A DNA stretch of 64,000 bases from Planctomycetota bacterium (GTDB lineage: Bacteria; Planctomycetota; B15-G4), in NCBI GenBank assembly GCA_029259725.1, contig JAJDER010000013.1:8623-72622 (forward strand), in the 5' to 3' direction. The notes under the pieces are model-generated. The model was not told the DNA's origin, did not search any database, and was given only the letters and a program-made list of their open reading frames with translations. Shown in pieces: positions 8,519-17,259 of this stretch. The stretch's first letter is position 1. The number at the start of each line of letters is the position of its first letter. The position numbers and the translations under genes are program-made.

Positions 8519-11107
8519 ATGGCAGATCCGGACGGCACGACGAGCGACGCGGCGACCGGACCGGCGGGTGGCGCAGCCCCGGCCGCACGCGCGATCACCC
8601 TGGCCGCCCTGCTCGGCACGGCGACCGCCGTCGGGCTCCAGGTCCTGCTCCCGCGGGTGTTCTCGGTGGTGCTCTGGTACCACCTCGGGTTCTTCGCCGT
8701 CAGCCTCGGCATGCTCGGCTTTGCGGCCGGCGGCGCGCTGGTGGAGCGGCGCACCGCGCGCGGCGGCCGCTGGAACCCGGCCGGCGTGGCGCTCTTCGCA
8801 GCCCTCAGCTGGGTCGTTGCCGTGACGGTCGTGGTGCACCTGCCCCTGGAGGCCTCGGGCCTGATCGACTCGCGCGGAGACCGCGTGCGGCTCGTGATCC
8901 TGGGTCTGGTGCTCGCCGTGCCCTTCTCGGCCCTGGGCACGCTCGTGTGCCAGGCGCTGCACGACGGTCGCGAGCAGCTTGGGCGCACCTACGGGCTCAC
9001 CTTCCTCGGCGGCGCCCTCGGCGCTGCCGGCGCGGTGGGGGTCATGCAGCTCGCGGGCCTGCGTCGCACGGCCGCCGTGCTCGCGGCGCTGCCCCTGCTC
9101 GTCGCGCTGCTCGCCGGCCGCCGCTGGCAACGCGTCCTGGCCGGCGTGCTCGTCCTGGCTGCCGGCGGACTGTTCGTCGAGGACGACCTCTGGCTCTCGC
9201 TCGAGAGTCGCAAGCACTTCCCGCGCGTGCCGCCCTCGGCGGTGCTGGCCGAAGCCGACGACGCGACCAGTCACGTGCTCTTCTACGACAACCCGGACCA
9301 CCACGGGCTGTGGCCCTCGGTCGACACCGACCCGGCGACGCTGCCCGAGACCGTCGGTGTGGCCATCGACACCTGGGCGATCACCTTCCTCACCGCGTGG
9401 GATCCCCACGCGACCGGCGCCGCGGGAACCGGCGCCGCGGGAACCGACGCCGCGGGAACCGACGCCGCCGGCGACAACACGCTGGCCGCCGACACCCCGG
9501 CCGCCACGCGCACGGTCATCGCCGCGAACGGCGAGGCCTACCCGGCGTTCATCGACGAGCACCAGGCCGGGCTCGCCTTCGTCGGTGCCGCCCCCGGCTT
9601 CTCGTCGCTGATCATCGGCGCGGGCGGGGGCTGGGACGTGCTCACCGCGCTGCGCGAGGGCGCCGGCCACGTGACGGCCGTGGAGCTCAACCCGCACATC
9701 GTCGACGCGGTGAAGGGCCCGTGGGCCGAGTTCACCGGACACCTCTACAGCGACCCGCGCGTGGAGGTGCACGCCGCCGAGGGCCGCCACTTCGCGGAGC
9801 ACGACGAGCGCACCTATGACCGCGTGGTGCTCGCGGGCGTCGACACCTTCGCGTCCACCCAGGCCGGCGCCATGGCCCTGGCCGAGAACGACCTCTACAC
9901 GATCGAGGCCTTCGACACCTGGCTCGAACGACTCGCGCCCGGCGGCGTGCTGTGCCTCACGCGCTGGTGGTTCGAGCCTCCACGCCAGACGCCGCGGCTG
10001 GTCCTGACCGCGGCCGAGGGTCTGCGCCGCGCGGGCATCCGGGATCCCGGCGCGCACATCGTGGTCGGGCGCGGCGAGCAGAACTCGCTCACCTTCGTGA
10101 AGCGCAGCGAGCCCTTCACCGACGCCGAGCGCCGCGAACTGGCGGCGGCGTTCCAGCAGCGCAACGCGGCGCTCGTCTACGCGCGCGGGCTGCCGGGCCA
10201 CCCGCTGCTCTCGGCGCTGCTCGACGTGGGCGGCTACGAGGGCTGGACGCTGGAGGGCCTGGCGCCCGTGGTCGAGGGCTATCCCTATCGCATCGACCCG
10301 TGCACCGACGACCGGCCCTTCTTCTTCGAGACCGCGCGGCTCGCGACCCTGTTCCGCAGCGAGGGTGACTGGATCCACGACCGACTCGGCGGTCACGAGG
10401 TCCTCGCGGCCACGCTGGCGGTCCTGCTCGTGCTGGTCCTGCCCCTGCTGTTCGCCGGCGGACGCGCGACGCGACAGGCGACAGGCCAGGCTGCGGGCGC
10501 GCCGCCTGAATCCCGCGGCGCGCGGGCGCGGAGCTTGTTGCCGTTCCTGCTGCTCGGCTTCGCCTACATGTTCGTCGAGATCCCGTTGCTGCAGCGCCTG
10601 ACCCTGGTGCTCGGTCACCCGGTCTACGCGGTGGCGGTCGTGCTCGTCGCGCTGCTCGTGTTCTCGGGCCTCGGCTCGGTGCTCGCCGGTCGGCAGCGGA
10701 CGCCGCGACCGGCGACCGCGATGCTGCTCGCCGCGGTCACCATCCCGGCCGTGCTGCTCGGCCTGCACGCGCTGCTCGTCCCGGTGATCTCGGGCTGGCC
10801 GTTGTGGCCGCGCATCGGCGGGGTCCTGCTCCTGCTGGCCGCGCCGGCGCTGGTCATGGGCGCCTGCTTCCCGCTCGCCGTGCGGCGGCTCGGTGTCGAG
10901 CGCGTGCCGTCGGCGTTCCTGTGGAACGGGCTCGCGTCGGTGCTCGCGGGCCCGCTCGCGGTGCTCGTCGCGCTCGAAGTCGGCTTCACGGCGACCCTGC
11001 TCACCGGTGCGGGCGCATACCTGCTCGCGGCCGCGTGCCTCGTGACGGCGAAGGCGACGACCGGAAACACCGCGGGCGACCCGGTGGAAACCGGATTCCC
11101 GGCTTGA
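8519..11107 (+). CDS. Polytopic membrane protein with central spermidine-synthase-like (SpeE-fold) domain
   Basis: ATG 8519 with GGGAGG 5 nt upstream. N- and C-terminal multi-TM regions flank a Rossmann-like core (LIIGAGGGWDVLTALREGAGHVTAVELNPHIV .. YDRVVLAGVD). This architecture is usually annotated as fused MFS/spermidine synthase. Confidence 0.7.
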   Translation: MADPDGTTSDAATGPAGGAAPAARAITLAALLGTATAVGLQVLLPRVFSVVLWYHLGFFAVSLGMLGFAAGGALVERRTARGGRWNPAGVALFAALSWVVAVTVVVHLPLEASGLIDSRGDRVRLVILGLVLAVPFSALGTLVCQALHDGREQLGRTYGLTFLGGALGAAGAVGVMQLAGLRRTAAVLAALPLLVALLAGRRWQRVLAGVLVLAAGGLFVEDDLWLSLESRKHFPRVPPSAVLAEADDATSHVLFYDNPDHHGLWPSVDTDPATLPETVGVAIDTWAITFLTAWDPHATGAAGTGAAGTDAAGTDAAGDNTLAADTPAATRTVIAANGEAYPAFIDEHQAGLAFVGAAPGFSSLIIGAGGGWDVLTALREGAGHVTAVELNPHIVDAVKGPWAEFTGHLYSDPRVEVHAAEGRHFAEHDERTYDRVVLAGVDTFASTQAGAMALAENDLYTIEAFDTWLERLAPGGVLCLTRWWFEPPRQTPRLVLTAAEGLRRAGIRDPGAHIVVGRGEQNSLTFVKRSEPFTDAERRELAAAFQQRNAALVYARGLPGHPLLSALLDVGGYEGWTLEGLAPVVEGYPYRIDPCTDDRPFFFETARLATLFRSEGDWIHDRLGGHEVLAATLAVLLVLVLPLLFAGGRATRQATGQAAGAPPESRGARARSLLPFLLLGFAYMFVEIPLLQRLTLVLGHPVYAVAVVLVALLVFSGLGSVLAGRQRTPRPATAMLLAAVTIPAVLLGLHALLVPVISGWPLWPRIGGVLLLLAAPALVMGACFPLAVRRLGVERVPSAFLWNGLASVLAGPLAVLVALEVGFTATLLTGAGAYLLAAACLVTAKATTGNTAGDPVETGFPA
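9413..9472 (+). repeat. In-frame 15-bp tandem repeat (4 units) encoding (T-G/D-A-A-G)n linker inside the SpeE-like gene
   Basis: accggcgccgcggga x2, accgacgccgcggga, accgacgccgccggc. Codon-phased (9413 is a codon start). The protein reads TGAAGTGAAGTDAAGTDAAG. Confidence 0.9.
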
Positions 11108-11338
11108 TGTCGCGCTGACGCGGCGGCGCGCGGCGCATATGCATCGGCCCGCCCTGACCGCCGCGCGCGGAGTGGGGTGTTTGCGGAAACGCGCACGACC
11201 TTCTGGGATTCGGAACCCGTGATAGGTTGGCGGTCCCCCCGAAGGAGCCGCGTCTCTCTCCCAAGACCCGGCGGCTCCGCACGCTGGATGTCCGGCGTGC
11301 TTCGTTCCACCCAGCGATCCCGAAACCCGGAGACGGCC

Positions 11339-12907
11339 ATGACCAGGCTGCGTCTGTTCGCGGCGGCGGTGTGTACTGCCACGCTTGCTGTTCCTTCCTT
11401 CGCCCAGATCTCGCCCGCCCAGGCCCTGCTGGACGACACCGCGGTGCTGACCGCGCTGCGCGTCGGCGAGGCGTCCGTGCAGTCCCTTGAGGTGCCGGAC
11501 ACCGCCGGCCTCGCCTTCATCGTGGACGTGGCCCTCGACGGCGTCGATCACGAGCTGATCCTCTCGCCCTACGAGCTGCGCGGCTCCGGGTACCAGTTGC
11601 TCGTGCAGGGCGCGGACGGCGCGATCGACCTGTTCGAGTCCGGCGCCAACACCACCTACCGCGGCTTCGTCGCCGGTCACGAGGACAGCGTCGTGGCCGG
11701 CTCGCTCTTCAAGGGCCAGCTCACGGCGCTCGTGTCCCTGGGCGATGAGATCTACGGCATCCAGCCCGTGAACGGCGTGCTGCCCGACGCGGCCCCCGAC
11801 CGTCACGTGGTCTACGCCGAGAGCGCGGTCCAGCCCCACAGCGGCCGCTGCGTGGCCCTGCCCAACCCGCTCGCCCAGCCGTCGCCCCCGGTGGCCGGTT
11901 CCCCCGACGGCGGCCCGGCGCCGCTCAAGGTGGTCGAGCTCGCCTGCGACGCGGACGTGCAGTTCTACCAGGACAACGGCAGCTCGGTGTCCGCCACCGA
12001 GGCCGACATCACCAACGTGATCAACGCCATGGGCGCGATCTACCTGGACGACACCGGCGTCATCTACGAGATCACCACGATCATCGTGCGCACGTCCGAG
12101 CCGGACCCGTACACCAGCAGCAGCGCCTTCACGCTGCTCGACCAGTTCGTCGCGGAGTGGACCACCAACCAGGCGGCGATCCCGCGCGACCACGCGCAGC
12201 TCTTCACCGGACGCAACATCGACGGCGGCATCATCGGCATCGCGTACCTCGACGTGATCTGCAACTTCGGCTTCGGCTACGGTCTGGTCGAGTCGAACTT
12301 CACCAATGACTTCACGACGCGCGTGGGCCTCTCGGCGCACGAGGCCGGCCACAACTGGGGCGCGGGCCACTGCGACGGCCAGGGTGACTGCAAGATCATG
12401 TGCTCGTTCATCGGCGGTTGCGCGGGGGACGTGACCTCGTTCGGCAACAGCTCGATCAACGCGATCACCTCGACCAAGAACAGCGCGCCGTGCCTCTCCG
12501 ACCCGGTCGGTCCGGGTTGCGGTCCGGTCTCCTTCGGCGACGGCAACGACACGACGCTGACGGGGACCGGCACCGGCTCCATCGGTGACGCGGTCACGCT
12601 GACCTACTCGGACCCGTCGGTGGCGCCCAGCAACGCGTTCGTCGTCGTGGCGGGGAGTCAGGGCAACCAGCCCTTCGGCGGCGTGGGCACGCTGTTCTTC
12701 ACCCCGGCGTCGATCCTGTTCTTCACGGCGGGCGTGAGCTTCGGCAGCACCGGTGACACACCCAGCGAGGTGATCAACGTGCCCAACAACCCCGGGCTCG
12801 TCGGGCTCGTGGTCTACTTCCAGGCGGTGCACTTCAACGGCGTGTTCGGGGGCCCCGGCACGATCACCGAACTCAGCAACGGCATCGAGTTCACCATCTG
12901 CAACTGA
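11339..12907 (+). CDS. Secreted metzincin zinc metalloprotease (reprolysin/M12B-like) with divergent shared C-terminal module
   Basis: ATG 11339. Signal peptide MTRLRLFAAAVCTATLAVPSFA|Q. Extended zinc motif HEAGHNWGAGHCDG (HExxHxxGxxH) followed by the Met-turn candidate KIMC. C-terminal ~90 aa beta module. Confidence 0.8.
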   Translation: MTRLRLFAAAVCTATLAVPSFAQISPAQALLDDTAVLTALRVGEASVQSLEVPDTAGLAFIVDVALDGVDHELILSPYELRGSGYQLLVQGADGAIDLFESGANTTYRGFVAGHEDSVVAGSLFKGQLTALVSLGDEIYGIQPVNGVLPDAAPDRHVVYAESAVQPHSGRCVALPNPLAQPSPPVAGSPDGGPAPLKVVELACDADVQFYQDNGSSVSATEADITNVINAMGAIYLDDTGVIYEITTIIVRTSEPDPYTSSSAFTLLDQFVAEWTTNQAAIPRDHAQLFTGRNIDGGIIGIAYLDVICNFGFGYGLVESNFTNDFTTRVGLSAHEAGHNWGAGHCDGQGDCKIMCSFIGGCAGDVTSFGNSSINAITSTKNSAPCLSDPVGPGCGPVSFGDGNDTTLTGTGTGSIGDAVTLTYSDPSVAPSNAFVVVAGSQGNQPFGGVGTLFFTPASILFFTAGVSFGSTGDTPSEVINVPNNPGLVGLVVYFQAVHFNGVFGGPGTITELSNGIEFTICN

Positions 12908-12929
12908 GCGGGGGACGGCAGACCCGAGT

Positions 12930-12965
12930 GCGGGCCGGGGCGGCGAGTGAGCCGTCCCGGCCCGC
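12930..12965. terminator. GC-rich hairpin between convergent genes (possible bidirectional terminator)
   Basis: 10-bp perfect stem gcgggccggg/cccggcccgc (12930-12939 / 12956-12965) with a 16-nt loop. An alternative pairing is gggacggc (12912-12919) with gccgtccc (12951-12958). No U-tract. Confidence 0.35.
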
Positions 12966-13006
12966 GTCGTGTCCGGAGCCGCTCCGAGAGCACCACTCCG
13001 AACGCG

Positions 13007-15343
13007 TCAGTCCGAGGCCGTGACTGCCACCGCGTTGCTGGCGATGAAGCCGGCCGGTCCGCCGGGGTCGCGGATCCAGGCCTGCAGCACGAGCTGGAAG
13101 CCCACCGGCACGCCTCCGGGCGCGAGCGCCGCGAGGGCCAGGTGCCCGTCCGGCCCGGTGGGCAGCGCGGGGACGAAGGCGAGCGGCGCGGGGACGAGGC
13201 GGCCGCCGCGGAATGGTGCGCGCGCGATCTCGGCGCCGATGATGAGCGTGGCCGTGGTGTCCGCGGGCGCGTCGCCGAGCAGGATCAGGAGCGGTTCATC
13301 GAAGACGAGGCGGCCGCGGCCGCGGAGCGTGGGCGCTCGGCCGTCCGCGCCGGGCAGGGCGTCGCCCAGGTCGGTCCAGGCGTCGTCGGGCAGGGCCAGG
13401 AACACCGACAACTGCTCGGCGGCGAACCGACCGAGCACGCGTTCGGTCGCGCCGTCGCCATCGACATCGAGGATCGCGAGCCGCAGGCCGCCGAACGCGG
13501 GCGGCGGGGCCGGGCGCCCGGTCGCGGCGTCCGGCGAGAGCGGGGTTGCCGAGAGCGGGGTTGCCGACAGCCGGGTTGCCGACAGTGGCGTTGCGGACAG
13601 TGGCGTTGCGGACATCGGCGCGGGCGACATCGATGCTGGCAACGAGGCCGGTGGCCGGAACGCGTCCAGCTCCTCCGGCGACGCGAGCCTCTCCAGTCCG
13701 GCCCAGGCGCGCGGCGTCGAGACCCAGATCTCGATCGGCGGCCCGCACCGCGACGCGCGCCAGAGATCGAGCGCGAGCCGGTCCGGGCAATCCGGGAGGA
13801 AGAGCCGCCCGACGGGACCTCCGGCCAGCGTTCCGTAGGGCCTGAAGCCGAGGGCGTGCAGGTTCATCGCGTCGAGCTGGGTGCGTGACCAGCGGGCGCC
13901 GGTGCTGCGCATGAAGACCTCGGCGCCGCCGTCCCTTAGGGCCCGTCGCGGATCGAAGGGGCCCTGGCTCCACTGCGCGAGGTCGCCGTAGGGCGGGAAC
14001 TCGCGCACGCCGTGCTTGAACCGCGTCCGGTCCACGACGAGGCGATCCTCGAGGGCGACGGGGTGCTCCGGCGTGGCGAGCGCCGCCGCCAGGGCCGCTG
14101 CCGAGAAGCGCGTGTCGGCGCTGTCGAGCAGGCTCAGGTAGCGCATCGACCCGGCCAACGGCAGGAGCACGAGCACGACCGCGGCGGAGGTGGCCACCGC
14201 GCGCGGACGCAGGCTGAGTGCCGCGGCGGCGGCCAGCGGGGCGACGAAGGGCAACACGGCCACGGCGTAGCGCACCTTGGCGCCGAGCAACATGCCCATC
14301 ACCACGACGATGACGGCCGGGAAGATCAGGTAGGCGACCGCGTCGCGAGCGCGGAGCGGCCCGCGGCGACGGGTGAGCATCCCCAGGCCGAGCAGCGCGA
14401 ACGCGAAGGCCGCCGGCGCGGCGCTGAACCAGGACAGGGCCACGTCCGGCAGCTCGGCGAAGAAGCGTTGCAGGAAACCGAGTTCGAGCAGCTTGGTCAG
14501 CAGGCCGAGGGAGCTGTTGTCCTCGGCCGCGCTGGTCGGCAGGGCCCGGACCCAGGCCGGGTTCCGCGCCAGGCCGTCCAGCAGCGCGAGCGTCGCGGTG
14601 AACGTGACGGCGTAGACGGCCGCGAGGGTGAGCGCGCGCCGCCACGGTCGCACCAGCAGCAGCATCGACACGAGCGCGGCGCCGGCCAGCAACAGTCCGA
14701 GCTGGAACAGGGCCGCCACCGCCCCGGCGCCGACCCCGGCGAGGAGTGCGCGCCTCGGTGTCGCCCCGTGGTCGTGGAGCACCACTTGCAGCCACGGCAC
14801 GGCGGCGAAGACCAGCAGCGTGGTGACCGGCACGTGCGGCCGGACCTGGTGCGCGTGCAACACCAGCAGGGGCGCGACGGCCACCATCGCCGCGGCGAGC
14901 AGCGCGGCACGGCGGTCCAAGGTCACGCGCGCGAGCAGGTAGACCGCCAGCGGGAGCAGCGCGCCGAGCAGCCCGCCGTAGATGCGGCCGAGGGCGTGGT
15001 GGCGGGTCGGATCGGCGAGGCTGTCCAGCCACGCGGGCCAGCTCGCCGCGTCCGCATCCCCGATCAGCCGCCCGACCGCGTAGGCCACGACATCCGTCGC
15101 CGCGTACAGGTACACCTGCGCCGCGGGGTAGATGCTCTCGTCCGCGAACCAGCCCTGCCGCAACAGGTCCACGGCCTGCTCCGCCTGCACGTAGTCGCTG
15201 TGCAGCGGGTGGGGCAGATAGGCATCGACGTGCCAGAGTCGCAGCAACGCGGCGAGGAGCACGAGCGCCACGAGCACCAGGCGCACCCGGCGCGCCGGTG
15301 GTACCGCGGGTGGAGTCGGCGTGAGCGAGGCGGAGTCGGCCAT
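13007..15343 (-). CDS. Polytopic GT-C-type glycosyltransferase-like protein (family 39/ArnT/PMT_2-like) fused to a repeat linker and the shared C-terminal module
   Basis: ATG 15343. About 450 aa with >=10 hydrophobic helices and an N-terminal pattern typical of GT39-like enzymes (LLAALLRLWHVDAYLP..SDYVQAEQAVDLL). A soluble ~300-aa C-terminal part contains (SATPL)n and ends APFRGGRLVPAPL..VPVGFQLVLQAWIRDPGGPAGFIASNAVAVTASD. Confidence 0.65.
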   Translation of the reverse strand: MADSASLTPTPPAVPPARRVRLVLVALVLLAALLRLWHVDAYLPHPLHSDYVQAEQAVDLLRQGWFADESIYPAAQVYLYAATDVVAYAVGRLIGDADAASWPAWLDSLADPTRHHALGRIYGGLLGALLPLAVYLLARVTLDRRAALLAAAMVAVAPLLVLHAHQVRPHVPVTTLLVFAAVPWLQVVLHDHGATPRRALLAGVGAGAVAALFQLGLLLAGAALVSMLLLVRPWRRALTLAAVYAVTFTATLALLDGLARNPAWVRALPTSAAEDNSSLGLLTKLLELGFLQRFFAELPDVALSWFSAAPAAFAFALLGLGMLTRRRGPLRARDAVAYLIFPAVIVVVMGMLLGAKVRYAVAVLPFVAPLAAAAALSLRPRAVATSAAVVLVLLPLAGSMRYLSLLDSADTRFSAAALAAALATPEHPVALEDRLVVDRTRFKHGVREFPPYGDLAQWSQGPFDPRRALRDGGAEVFMRSTGARWSRTQLDAMNLHALGFRPYGTLAGGPVGRLFLPDCPDRLALDLWRASRCGPPIEIWVSTPRAWAGLERLASPEELDAFRPPASLPASMSPAPMSATPLSATPLSATRLSATPLSATPLSPDAATGRPAPPPAFGGLRLAILDVDGDGATERVLGRFAAEQLSVFLALPDDAWTDLGDALPGADGRAPTLRGRGRLVFDEPLLILLGDAPADTTATLIIGAEIARAPFRGGRLVPAPLAFVPALPTGPDGHLALAALAPGGVPVGFQLVLQAWIRDPGGPAGFIASNAVAVTASD
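13536..13640 (-). repeat. In-frame 15-bp tandem repeat (~7 decaying units) encoding (L/M-S-A-T-P)n linker in the GT-C gene
   Basis: The plus strand reads gagagcggggttgcc x2, gacagccgggttgcc, gacagtggcgttgcg x2, gacatcggcgcgggc, gacatcgatgctggc. The protein reads ASMSPAPMSATPLSATPLSATRLSATPLSATPLSP. Confidence 0.9.
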
Positions 15344-15652
15344 GGGAGACGCGCCGGCGCGGCGGGGCCGGTGGGCGCGTCGATCGACTCTATCCCCCTC
15401 GCGCCGGAAATGGCGCGAGGAGCCGCCGAAGCCCGTCTCCCCTTGGGCTTCAACGACCCCCCGCAACCGGAAAGGGTTCCTTCATGCCGGGGCTCGAGGA
15501 CGCGGTGGATAGCCGGCGTGATCTCGCCCTTCCCTCGTTCCCTGTCTCTGAGTGTGTGCTTGCGCGGCGGGCGGTCTCTCTTCCTCCCGCGGCGTGAAGA
15601 GAGTGTCCTCCGGTCTCGCGGATCCGGCCAACACGACGCGGGTGTAAGGCAG

Positions 15653-15686
15653 AGAACCCCGCACTCGACATCGAGTGCGGGGTTCT
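15653..15686 (-). terminator. Perfect 15-bp stem / 4-nt loop hairpin 35 nt downstream of the 15721-16131 gene (intrinsic-terminator-like)
   Basis: agaaccccgcactcg-acat-cgagtgcggggttct. All 15 pairs are Watson-Crick. On the minus strand it is followed by CUCUGCCUUAC (pyrimidine-rich, not a clean U-tract). Confidence 0.5.
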
Positions 15687-15720
15687 TGTCGGTGGCCCGT
15701 GCGGACGGACGCGGCCCGGT

Positions 15721-16131
15721 TCAGTCGCCGAGCTGGATCACCACGAGCTCCAGGCGGTCGCGCAGGGCCGCGGGCGGCGCCGGGAGGATGACCGTCGACT
15801 CGGCGTCGAGCACGTGGTGCCCGAGGGGCACGGCCACGGCCCCGTCGAGCACGATCCACAGCACGAGCGTGTCGCCCGGCGCGCCGGAGGTCTCGATCAC
15901 GAGCGTGTCGCGGGTTCGACCCTCGGTGGCCGGGAGCACGAAGACGCGCGGGCCCTGGGCCCCGGTGAGGGCGGCGGGCGGTCCGGCGTGCGCCTTGGCG
16001 ATCGGTCGCGTGTGCAGGCCCGGGATCTGCTCCTCGCCGTCGCTCAGAGCGGTCGTGCCACCGGTGGCGGCGGCCGACGTGGCGAGGATCAGGGCGGTCA
16101 GGGCACTCAACAGCGTCATGCGGAGAGTCAT
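15721..16131 (-). CDS. Small secreted protein (136 aa), function unknown
   Basis: ATG 16131 overlaps the stop of the upstream HTH gene by 4 nt (ATGA). Signal peptide MTLRMTLLSALTALILATSAAA|T. The C-terminus (VILPAPPAALRDRLELVVIQLGD) loosely resembles the core of the recurrent C-terminal module. Confidence 0.55.
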   Translation of the reverse strand: MTLRMTLLSALTALILATSAAATGGTTALSDGEEQIPGLHTRPIAKAHAGPPAALTGAQGPRVFVLPATEGRTRDTLVIETSGAPGDTLVLWIVLDGAVAVPLGHHVLDAESTVILPAPPAALRDRLELVVIQLGD

Positions 16132-17108
16132 CTCTCGACCCCCTTCTGCAGGGCGGACGGGTCGCGCGGCAGCAGTTCCGGCGCGGTGTGGGACCAGTGG
16201 GTCGTCAGGTGGGGCAGGTCGCCGTGGCTCCAGGCCCGGTCGAACTCCTCGCCGCGGTGTTGCCTGGTCACGAGCGCGAGGCGTTCGGCTTCAGCGGGCG
16301 CACAGGCGTCGCCCAGGCCGAGGGCGTGGTCGACGGTCTTCAACGCGTTCGGCCACACGCCGCTGGAGCTGGTGTGGGGCAGGGCGATGCCGTCGTACAG
16401 CCGGCCGAAGCCCGCGGTGGTCAACTCCCGGTCCCCGAGCAGCAGTCCGGCCCGGGCCAACACGTAACCGGCATAGGACCGCGCGTTGCCCGGCAGGAAG
16501 GTCGAGATGGCCGCCGCGGTGGTGGCCTGGGCCTCGTCGTCCAGACGCCGCGCCATGAGGCTCGTGGCGCGCAGGGCCGGCGGGCGCAGGCGCCGCGACT
16601 CGGGCTTGTCGACCATGGTGGTGAAGGTCAGCAGCAGGTTGTTGCACATGAAGGGGCGCACGCTCGGCGGCGCGTGGATCGCTTCCAGGTACAGCACCTG
16701 CGTGTCGATGTCGGAACGCAGCAGCGGGTTCGTGCCGCGTTGCGCCCGGGCGCGCTTGGCGTGCAGTAGCGAGAAGCGTCTCGCCTCGGTGTCGGCGTCG
16801 TCGCCCAGCAGCTCTTCGAGCCGGGAGTCGACGTTGCGCTCCACGATCACGTCCGGGCGTCCCTCCAGACCCTCGATGATCGCGAGGATGCCCATCATCT
16901 TGGACCGGGTCCGCCGCGGCTCGTAGCCCGGCTTGCGGTTCAGGAAGTTGGTGATGCTCGAGCAGCTGACGCCGACCTGGTCGGCGAGCCACTGGTTGTT
17001 GCAGCCCGTGAGCTCCTTGAATTCGACGAAGCTCGCGATGGCCGCGAAGTACCGTTCTTCGAGTCCCGGCCCCTCGGGGAGGGACCTGACTGCGTCGGCG
17101 CCTGACAT
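16128..17108 (-). CDS. XRE-like helix-turn-helix protein with ~250-aa uncharacterised helical C-terminal domain
   Basis: 326 aa. N-terminal HTH candidate FKELTGCNNQWLADQVGVSCSSITNFLNRK. The remainder is helical with no family recognised. Translationally coupled to 15721-16131. Confidence 0.65.
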   Translation of the reverse strand: MSGADAVRSLPEGPGLEERYFAAIASFVEFKELTGCNNQWLADQVGVSCSSITNFLNRKPGYEPRRTRSKMMGILAIIEGLEGRPDVIVERNVDSRLEELLGDDADTEARRFSLLHAKRARAQRGTNPLLRSDIDTQVLYLEAIHAPPSVRPFMCNNLLLTFTTMVDKPESRRLRPPALRATSLMARRLDDEAQATTAAAISTFLPGNARSYAGYVLARAGLLLGDRELTTAGFGRLYDGIALPHTSSSGVWPNALKTVDHALGLGDACAPAEAERLALVTRQHRGEEFDRAWSHGDLPHLTTHWSHTAPELLPRDPSALQKGVER

Positions 17109-17259
17109 CCGCGCTCTCCATGAACCCCACCCACCGCCATTCCCGCGTTGCGCTGAGTCTATCCCGACCCTGGAAGCGCGACGGGCCTACACCTGGATCG
17201 TGTAGGGACCGGGGAATGCGCTTTCCCATACGTCGTCGAGGCAGCGACGGTGACCGGCC

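Noticed and set aside
5225-12832. A 2535-aa ORF that would be by far the largest gene in the window
   Set aside because: Only the 3' 1053 codons (5225-8386) look like protein (signal peptide, TPR, CHAT). Upstream of 8386 the translation is Arg/Gly/Ala/Pro/His-rich junk, and it is antisense to two well-supported plus-strand genes (SpeE-like 8519-11107, metzincin 11339-12907). It is a high-GC shadow ORF.
13536-13640. Possible CRISPR-like array (regular short repeats); also considered for 9413-9472 and 61097-61144
   Set aside because: The units are 15-18 bp, directly abutting with no spacers, and codon-phased inside (or at the end of) CDSs. No cas genes are present. They are coding microsatellites, not CRISPR.
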